A stretch of DNA of 32,000 nt from an uncultured Clostridia bacterium (GTDB lineage Bacteria > Bacillota > Clostridia > TANB77 > CAG-508), in NCBI GenBank assembly GCA_934177485.1, contig CAKPPF010000001.1:324105-356104 (forward strand). The letters are read 5' to 3'. The translations under genes were made by a program, and so were the position numbers. This document shows, in pieces, positions 18,689 to 26,264 of this stretch. The notes beneath the pieces are model-generated. The model had not been told where the DNA came from. It was given only the letters and a program-made list of their open reading frames with translations, and did no database searches. Each line of letters starts with the position of its first letter. Position 1 is the stretch's first letter.

Positions 18689-19432
18689 ATGAATATTTCT
18701 TTAGATAGTTTAGAAAATCTTATAAAAAGTGAAATTAATAAAGGATATATCATTCACGTTAATAAAAGCCAAGAAGAAAAAATAAACATTGAAGTAACAG
18801 GTGAAAAAGATATTACTGTTTATGTGCCAAAACAAATGGTTAAAGATACTATTAATTTAGTTCAAGATTGTTATAAAGAAGCTGTATCCAAAGGTACAAT
18901 TAAATTAAATACAAAACAAGGCGTAGAAAAACAAATTGAAACCATTTTTAATATGCGTGATATTAAAAAGCGTTTAAAACAAATTCCAGACATGAAACAG
19001 GAAAAATGTGACGAAAAAAATGAAGAAGCATATGAACATATAATGGAAATAATAAATATGCGTGATATGGATATGTACATAAAAAAATATGAAGATTACT
19101 TAGATAACATAAAAAGTGCAAGAACAATTAAAAAAAATAAAAGAATGAAAAGAAAAATAAAAAGTAGTGGTATGCTTTCAAAAGATGATATAATAAGTAT
19201 TTTAATTTCAATAAAGAATAAAAGCGGTACTTTTATAAATAATTTAAAAAAACATAAAAAAATAATTATAGCTGTAATTTTAGCATCTGTTGCAACAACT
19301 TGCGGTGTCAAAAGCATAGCTAGTAAAGAAATAAAAGATAATACCATGCCATCTATTACTGAAGAGTCTACAAAAGAAGAAAATGATTTTCAAGTAATAA
19401 ACACACCTACTAAAGATTATACTGAAAGATAA
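18689..19432 (+). CDS. Hypothetical single-pass membrane protein
   Basis: AGGAGA RBS 27 nt after the previous stop. Same architecture as its neighbour (N-domain, KKNKRMKRKIK linker, TM IIIAVILASVATTCGV). Ends in DYTER. Confidence 0.6.
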   Translation: MNISLDSLENLIKSEINKGYIIHVNKSQEEKINIEVTGEKDITVYVPKQMVKDTINLVQDCYKEAVSKGTIKLNTKQGVEKQIETIFNMRDIKKRLKQIPDMKQEKCDEKNEEAYEHIMEIINMRDMDMYIKKYEDYLDNIKSARTIKKNKRMKRKIKSSGMLSKDDIISILISIKNKSGTFINNLKKHKKIIIAVILASVATTCGVKSIASKEIKDNTMPSITEESTKEENDFQVINTPTKDYTER

Positions 19433-19450
19433 GAACAAATAAATTTTATG

Positions 19451-19564
19451 TTACTCTTTTTGTTATCGTCCGATTTAAATTTTTGACTGTAAAGAGAAAA
19501 TCCCAAAGGAAATGCATTTTGCTAAGTTTAATATAGTAGGAAATAAGAAATTTCTTACTATATT
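19451..19564 (+). repeat. Mosaic hairpin repeat, copy D (partial M1, variant M2, M5)
   Basis: CCGATTTAAATTTTTGACTGTAAAGAGAAAATCCCAAAGG matches the copy G variant. M5 is AATATAGTAGGAAAT-aagaa-ATTTCTTACTATATT. Confidence 0.75.
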
Positions 19565-19583
19565 AAAAATTTTGAAAAAAATG

Positions 19584-19612
19584 TTGCAATATAAAATATA
19601 AAATGGTATTAT
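19584..19612 (+). promoter_or_regulatory. Predicted promoter upstream of pyrG
   Basis: TTGCAA (19584-19589), 17-nt spacer, TGgTATTAT (TATTAT at 19607-19612). Confidence 0.45.
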
Positions 19613-19620
19613 AGTAATAT

Positions 19621-19671
19621 AGATTTAAAAAAAACCCCGTTTTTCGGAAAGTATTTTTTAAATCTATTTTT
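19621..19671 (+). terminator. Hairpin plus T-run just downstream of the predicted promoter (possible pyrG leader attenuator, or terminator of the upstream operon)
   Basis: AGATTTAAAAAA (19621-19632) pairs with TTTTTTAAATCT (19654-19665) around an inner CCG-ttttt-CGG, followed by ATTTTTT. Confidence 0.4.
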
Positions 19672-19871
19672 TATATAGTAGGAATTTTGGAGAAATTTCC
19701 TACTATATAAAATGCTATAATCGCTATTGCCTTTGAGATTTGCTCATTTCATTTGCAAACTCAAATCGGCGAGAACAAAGGGCGACTAAAGTCGCTTTGT
19801 TGTTATATAGCAAAATCGAAGATTTTCTAAAACATAATTTAGTATTGTAGGGGCAGGTCTTGTGCCTGCCC
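19672..19871 (-). repeat. Mosaic hairpin repeat, copy E (M5-M2-M1-degenerate M3-M4, reverse)
   Basis: The 102 nt at 19700-19801 match 21574-21675 with a single mismatch. M4 is GGGCAGG-tcttgtg-CCTGCCC at 19851-19871. Confidence 0.9.
19728..19804 (+). ncRNA. Candidate small RNA encoded inside repeat copy E
   Basis: TGcTATAAT (19713-19721), then hairpin GCCTTTGAG-ATTTGC-tcatttcattt-GCAAA-CTCAAA-tc-GGC, then ACAAAGGGCGAC-taaa-GTCGCTTTGTTGTT. The ends are predicted. Confidence 0.3.
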
Positions 19872-19918
19872 ACTAAAAGTGAAACGAAGTTTTATATTTA
19901 TTAGTTTAGGAGGAGTTT

Positions 19919-21520
19919 ATGAACACAAAATACATATTTATAACAGGTGGAGTAGTATCAGGACTTGGAAAAGGAATAACTGCTGCATCATTAGGAAGAT
20001 TATTAAAAAATAGAGGATATAAAGTAACAATCCAAAAGTTTGATCCATATATAAATGTTGACCCAGGAACAATGAGCCCATATGAACATGGCGAAGTTTT
20101 TGTTACAGATGATGGAGCAGAAACAGATTTAGACTTAGGACATTATGAAAGATTTATAGATGAAAGTTTAACTAGAAATTCTAGTATTACATCTGGAAGA
20201 ATTTATCAAAATGTTATAAATAAAGAAAGAAGAGGAGATTATTTAGGAAAAACTGTCCAAGTAATTCCACATATAACAAATGAGATAAAACAAAACATAT
20301 ATAGCTTTGAAGATGAAGATATAGATATTGTAATAACAGAACTAGGAGGAACAGTTGGAGATATAGAAAGTTTGGCATTTTTAGAGGCAATACGTCAAGT
20401 AGGAATAGAAAAAGATGCAGAAGATGTAATGTATATTCATGTAACACTTCTCCCATACATAACAGGCTCAAATGAAATAAAATCAAAACCAACTCAGCAC
20501 TCTGTAAAAGAGTTGCAATCTTTAGGAATAAAACCAGACATATTGGTATGTAGAAGTGATATGCCAATACCAGATGGAATAAAGGACAAACTATCATTAT
20601 TTTGCAATGTAAAAAAAGAAAGTGTTATTGCAAATTTGACTGCAGATAATTTATATGCAGTACCTTTAATGCTAGAAAAACAAGGGTTAGCATTGCAAGT
20701 TTGTAAACACTTGAAACTTGCTAATATTGAACCACATAATGAAAAATGGGACGAAATGATAGGAAATATTAGAAAAGTAAAAGACGGAGAAGTAACAATA
20801 GGAATAGTTGGAAAATATGTAAAACTTGAAGATTCATATTTGTCTGTAACCGAAAGCTTGCATCATGCTGGTTTTGCAAATAATGTAAAAGTAAATATTA
20901 AATATATAGACTGTGAAACTGTTACAAGAGAAAATGCAAAAAGAATTCTTGGAGAACTAGATGGAATAATAGTTCCAGGTGGTTTTGGAAATAGAGGAAT
21001 AGAAGGAAAAATAAATACAGTAGAATATGCAAGAACAAATAATGTACCATTTTTAGGAATATGTTTAGGAATGCAAATGGCAGTTGTTGAATTTGCAAGA
21101 AATGTATTAGGGCTTTCAGATGCAAACTCAGAAGAATTTGATGAAAATTCAAAAAATCAGGTAATACATATTATGGATGAACAAAAAAATGTAGACAAAA
21201 AAGGTGGAACAATGAGACTTGGAAAATATCCATGTATATTAAAAAAGGATAGTCTAGCATATAAAGTTTATGGTAAAAAGGAAATATCAGAAAGACATAG
21301 ACATAGATTTGAGTATAACAATGACTATAGGGAAAAATTAGAAAATGCAGGCTTAATTTGTTCTGGAACATCACCAGATGGAAAATTAGTTGAAATAGTA
21401 GAAATTCCATCATTAGATTATTTTATAGCAGGACAATTTCATCCAGAATTTAAATCTAGACCAGATAAACCATCACCATTATTTGTTGGATTGGTTAAAG
21501 CTGCAAAAGAAAAAGTTTAA
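19919..21520 (+). CDS. pyrG: CTP synthase
   Basis: [22 protein letters not shown]-terminus, glutamine amidotransferase GICLGMQ, 533 aa. Confidence 0.97.
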   Translation: MNTKYIFITGGVVSGLGKGITAASLGRLLKNRGYKVTIQKFDPYINVDPGTMSPYEHGEVFVTDDGAETDLDLGHYERFIDESLTRNSSITSGRIYQNVINKERRGDYLGKTVQVIPHITNEIKQNIYSFEDEDIDIVITELGGTVGDIESLAFLEAIRQVGIEKDAEDVMYIHVTLLPYITGSNEIKSKPTQHSVKELQSLGIKPDILVCRSDMPIPDGIKDKLSLFCNVKKESVIANLTADNLYAVPLMLEKQGLALQVCKHLKLANIEPHNEKWDEMIGNIRKVKDGEVTIGIVGKYVKLEDSYLSVTESLHHAGFANNVKVNIKYIDCETVTRENAKRILGELDGIIVPGGFGNRGIEGKINTVEYARTNNVPFLGICLGMQMAVVEFARNVLGLSDANSEEFDENSKNQVIHIMDEQKNVDKKGGTMRLGKYPCILKKDSLAYKVYGKKEISERHRHRFEYNNDYREKLENAGLICSGTSPDGKLVEIVEIPSLDYFIAGQFHPEFKSRPDKPSPLFVGLVKAAKEKV

Positions 21521-21546
21521 AAAAGCGACTTTGAGTCGCTTTTTTT
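21521..21546 (+). terminator. Rho-independent terminator after pyrG
   Basis: AAAAGCGAC-tttga-GTCGCTTTTTTT. Confidence 0.8.
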
Positions 21547-21705
21547 ATATAGTAGGAAATTTCTCCGAAATTCCTACTATATAAAATGCTATAATCGCTA
21601 TTGCCTTTGAGATTTGCTCATTTCATTCGCAAACTCAAATCGGCGAGAACAAAGGGCGACTAAAGTCGCTTTGTTCTATAGCAAAAATCTTCGATTTTTG
21701 CTATA
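21546..21705 (-). repeat. Mosaic hairpin repeat, copy F (M5-M2-M1-M3, reverse)
   Basis: Near-identical to copy E. M3 is the perfect hairpin TATAGCAAAAATC-TTCG-GATTTTTGCTATA. Confidence 0.9.
21602..21678 (+). ncRNA. Candidate small RNA encoded inside repeat copy F
   Basis: TGcTATAAT (21587-21595), then the M2 hairpin and GAACAAAGGGCGAC-taaa-GTCGCTTTGTTC. The ends are predicted. Confidence 0.3.
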
Positions 21706-21749
21706 GAAAAAAACACTCTTTCACCGTTCGGAAAAACGGTAAAAGAGTG
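21706..21749 (-). terminator. Strong rho-independent terminator on the minus strand
   Basis: Read on the minus strand: CACTCTTTTACCGTT-tttccg-AACGGTGAAAGAGTG followed by TTTTTTT. Confidence 0.75.
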
Positions 21750-21754
21750 AGAGG

Positions 21755-21910
21755 TTACTTTAAGATACACTTCGTATCTATGGTATGCCATAAGGCGAGT
21801 TTAACTGGTGGAGTATAGCACTCACTTCCTCTAAAGCCAAACCAGGTTGCAACAAATATTATTGCAACAAAAATATATATAATAGTAGCCTCCTCGGAGA
21901 ACCACCACAC
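21755..21910 (-). other. Orphan transcription unit: small hydrophobic peptide (type I toxin-like) or structured small RNA
   Basis: A frame is open from 21922 or 21910 to the TAA at 21755-21757. It encodes ..WWFSEEATIIYIFVAIIFVATWFGFRGSECYTPPVKLALWHTIDTKCILK. A GAGGAGG lies inside it, and no ATG, GTG or TTG follows the predicted transcription start. Confidence 0.4.
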
Positions 21911-21912
21911 AT

Positions 21913-21941
21913 ATATTAACATAAAGCAAAGGAAATGTCAA
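21913..21941 (-). promoter_or_regulatory. Strong SigA-type promoter on the minus strand
   Basis: On the minus strand: TTGACA (21941-21936), 17-nt spacer, TGtTAATAT (-10 at 21918-21913). Confidence 0.6.
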
Positions 21942-22052
21942 TATTTGGTTATACTTTTTATCTCATAGCTACTATTATTGTTCTAAATTTAATTTTTAAG
22001 AATATAATTATATATATAAATGTGAATAATATGTGAATTTAGAATAAAGATA

Positions 22053-22081
22053 TTGACATTTAATATAAAAGGGTATATTAT
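22053..22081 (+). promoter_or_regulatory. groESL promoter
   Basis: TTGACA (22053-22058), 17-nt spacer, TATTAT (22076-22081), immediately upstream of CIRCE. Confidence 0.7.
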
Positions 22082-22082
22082 T

Positions 22083-22416
<334 letters not shown>

Positions 22417-22432
22417 AAGCAGAGATTAATTA

Positions 22433-24086
<1,654 letters not shown>

Positions 24087-24126
24087 AATTTAAATTTTGT
24101 AAAAAATAATATAATAACCATAAATA

Positions 24127-24155
24127 TTGACATACGCAAAAACGTACGCTATAAT
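24127..24155 (+). promoter_or_regulatory. Promoter of the toxin-antitoxin operon with candidate operator
   Basis: TTGACA (24127-24132), 17-nt spacer, TATAAT (24150-24155). The spacer contains the palindrome CGTACG (24143-24148) and two TACGC repeats. Confidence 0.65.
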
Positions 24156-24176
24156 AAACATAGGAGGTGTTATATT

Positions 24177-24425
24177 ATGACAAACACAAATATTACAAAC
24201 TTTAGAAAAGATATATATGAAATGTTAGAACAAACAATAAAATATAATGAGCCTATAAATATATCAACCAAAAATGGAAATGCTGTTGTTTTATCAGAAG
24301 AAGACTATAATGGGCTAATAGAAACTGTTTATTTATCTAGTATTCCTAAAATGAGAGAAAAATTGATAAAAGGAAAAAATGTACCTTTAGAAGATTGCGT
24401 AGCAGAAGATGAGGTGGAGTGGTAA
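24177..24425 (+). CDS. Type II antitoxin, Phd/YefM family
   Basis: AGGAGG RBS, 82 aa. ITNFRKDIYEMLEQTIKYNEPINIS...AVVLSEEDYNGLIETVYL is the YefM fold pattern. Directly abuts the toxin gene. Confidence 0.85.
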   Translation: MTNTNITNFRKDIYEMLEQTIKYNEPINISTKNGNAVVLSEEDYNGLIETVYLSSIPKMREKLIKGKNVPLEDCVAEDEVEW

Positions 24426-24692
24426 ATGTACAAAATAGTATATACTAAAACTGCAGTAAAAGATATTCCACATTTAAAAGCCTCTAATTTAGATAAAAAA
24501 ACATTAGCATTAATTGAAATTTTAAAAGAGAATCCGTTTCAAAATCCACCACCATATAAAAAACTTGTTGGAGATTTACAGGACTTATATTCGAGAAGAA
24601 TTAATATAAAACACAGATTAGTATACCAAGTATATTCAACAGAAAAAACAGTAAAAATAGTTAGTGTGTGGACACATTACGAAAACATATAA
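24426..24692 (+). CDS. Type II toxin, YoeB/Txe family mRNA interferase
   Basis: 88 aa. YSRRINIKHRLVYQV...VKIVSVWTHYE is the YoeB C-terminal signature. Confidence 0.85.
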   Translation: MYKIVYTKTAVKDIPHLKASNLDKKTLALIEILKENPFQNPPPYKKLVGDLQDLYSRRINIKHRLVYQVYSTEKTVKIVSVWTHYENI

Positions 24693-24695
24693 ATA

Positions 24696-24775
24696 GAACA
24701 AAGCAACTTTATATCGCTCTTTGTTCTTGCCAGATTTGAGTTTTCAACTGTAAGGAGATAATCTCAAATGGCGTA
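24696..24775 (+). repeat. Mosaic hairpin repeat, copy G (M1, variant M2)
   Basis: GAACAAAG..CTTTGTTC, then CCAGATTTGAGTTTTCAACTGTAAGGAGATAATCTCAAATGG. Confidence 0.8.
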
Positions 24776-24779
24776 AAAG

Positions 24780-24816
24780 AAAGACTTGAAATAAAAAGCT
24801 TATTTCAAGTCTTTTT
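24780..24816 (+). terminator. Rho-independent terminator
   Basis: AAGACTTGAAATAA-aaagc-TTATTTCAAGTCTTTTTG. Confidence 0.7.
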
Positions 24817-24852
24817 GTAATACAAATGTAATATTAAAATAAAGCAAATTTA

Positions 24853-24881
24853 TTGACAAAAAAAATCACTTTTTATAAAAT
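24853..24881 (+). promoter_or_regulatory. Predicted promoter
   Basis: TTGACA (24853-24858), 17-nt spacer, TAAAAT (24876-24881). Confidence 0.5.
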
Positions 24882-24902
24882 ATAGTTGAAAATATATAAA
24901 AG

Positions 24903-25217
24903 CTAGATATTAAAGAAACTTTATCAATACCATCAACTATAGATGGATATAAAGTAAAAAAGCTTGGACTAGTTAATCCATATGATGAGTGTTCTGGTGT
25001 TTCCACGCTTACAATAGGAAAAGGATTAACAAGCGTAAAATTACCAAATGCAATTACTACTATAAGAGGAGGATATTCTTGGAAAGGTGCATTTAGTAAT
25101 TGTAAAAAACTAATTATTTACGGTAATGATGGACAAGTATCAAAACAATATGCAGAAGATAATAAAATTAAATTTGATTATATAGATAATTGGGATAAAA
25201 ATAGTACATTAAGTTAA
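24903..25217 (+). pseudogene. 3' remnant of a leucine-rich-repeat (BspA-like) surface protein gene
   Basis: 104-codon open frame with no start codon and a TAA immediately upstream. LSIPSTIDGYKVKKLG...LTIGKGLTSVKLPNAITTI...GAFSNCKKLIIYG...QYAEDNKIKF is the typical C-terminal repeat and end of clostridial LRR proteins. Confidence 0.6.
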
Positions 25218-25228
25218 GGTGGTTAAAT

Positions 25229-25609
25229 ATGAAAGAAAAAGATGATGCATTAGATTTTTTTATAGGATTAATATTATTAGGTGCTGGACTATTTATGCTA
25301 AGCAAAAGAGTAGTAGTACATAGCGGATGGTATGGATGGAGAATAGGCAATTTTGACTTGTCAACAGGAACTGTTACAATACCATTAATAATAGGAATAA
25401 TTTGGTATTTCTTTAATTCAAAATCAATAGTACCAAAGATTATAATAACTTTGGGTGTTATTTTTATAGTAGTAAGTATTATAATGAGTGTAAGAATAAA
25501 TTTTGTAGCTACATCCTTATTTGATTATATATTAATATTTGGAATGGCTGCAGCAGGATCTGGCTTACTACTAAGAGGTACTTTTAGAAAAAAAGAAGAG
25601 AAAAAATAA
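25229..25609 (+). CDS. Hypothetical integral membrane protein (about 4 TM)
   Basis: AAGGTGG RBS. Hydrophobic throughout, with a basic tail RKKEEKK. Confidence 0.6.
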   Translation: MKEKDDALDFFIGLILLGAGLFMLSKRVVVHSGWYGWRIGNFDLSTGTVTIPLIIGIIWYFFNSKSIVPKIIITLGVIFIVVSIIMSVRINFVATSLFDYILIFGMAAAGSGLLLRGTFRKKEEKK

Positions 25610-25659
25610 ACTTTAAATAGCTTTTGCTTTCGGCAATTGAATTTTGAAGTGATATAAAT

Positions 25660-25700
25660 AAAACAAATTTCCTCCGAAATAATCGGAGGAAATTTGTTTT
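25660..25700. terminator. Bidirectional terminator between convergent genes
   Basis: AAAACAAATTTCCTCCGA-aataa-TCGGAGGAAATTTGTTTT, an 18-bp perfect stem with A/T runs on both sides. Confidence 0.8.
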
Positions 25701-25753
25701 ATTATATACGTAAAAACTTGATTATGCGCATACAATAAGGTTATGTTTAAACA

Positions 25754-25879
25754 TTAGCAACCACAACCGTTGTTACCACATCCGCAGCAGCAGAAAAGTA
25801 TTATTATTAATATGATTATCCAGCAGCAATCTCCACCAAAACCGAAACCGCCACATCCGCATCCTCTGTTTTCTGGCAT
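25754..25879 (-). CDS. Tiny Cys/Gly-rich transmembrane protein, 41 aa (YjcZ/tiny_TM_bacill-like)
   Basis: AAAGGGGGGAA RBS. MPENRGCGCGGFGFGGDCCWIIILIIILFCCCGCGNNGCGC. Not in the ORF track because it is under 60 aa. Confidence 0.6.
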   Translation of the reverse strand: MPENRGCGCGGFGFGGDCCWIIILIIILFCCCGCGNNGCGC

Positions 25880-25924
25880 TATAATTCCCCCCTTTCAAAA
25901 TGTACACTTTTTTGTTTAGGACAA

Positions 25925-26029
25925 TTAGTTATTACAGCAACATCTATTGCCACATCCGCAACAGAAAAGTAGTATGAAGAGTATAATGAACCATAAAAAT
26001 TCACTATTACAACCACAACAATTTCCCAT
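25925..26029 (-). CDS. Tiny Cys-rich transmembrane protein, 34 aa (paralogue of the downstream gene)
   Basis: GGGAGG RBS. MGNCCGCNSEFLWFIILFILLFCCGCGNRCCCNN. Confidence 0.6.
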   Translation of the reverse strand: MGNCCGCNSEFLWFIILFILLFCCGCGNRCCCNN

Positions 26030-26264
26030 ATTAGCAGACCTCCCTATGTGAAATTTTTTAATTGTTTTTATCATTTGTATATGATATATTATTCTGATTT
26101 ATAAAAATTGGTTACAAAGAAAGTTAGAATTTCTTTGTCGAATTATGTATTACGATTTATGTTGATTTTTAAAACAAAAAATATTAAAATCTAATTAATA
26201 ATTTTTTCAATTTTAAATTTAATTCTAAAAAAATCCCAAAAAATAATTTTAAAAGGTGGTAAAA

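Noticed and set aside
21920-21922. The ATG at 21922 as the start of the minus-strand hydrophobic ORF
   Set aside because: It has no purine-rich SD upstream, and its TG is the extended -10 TG of the best promoter. It would therefore lie upstream of the transcription start. It is kept only as an alternative in the finding.
22021-22045. The direct repeat ATGTGAAT twice upstream of the groES -35 as a regulatory site
   Set aside because: It is only two short AT-rich 8-mers. This is easily chance in such DNA, and CIRCE already explains groESL control.
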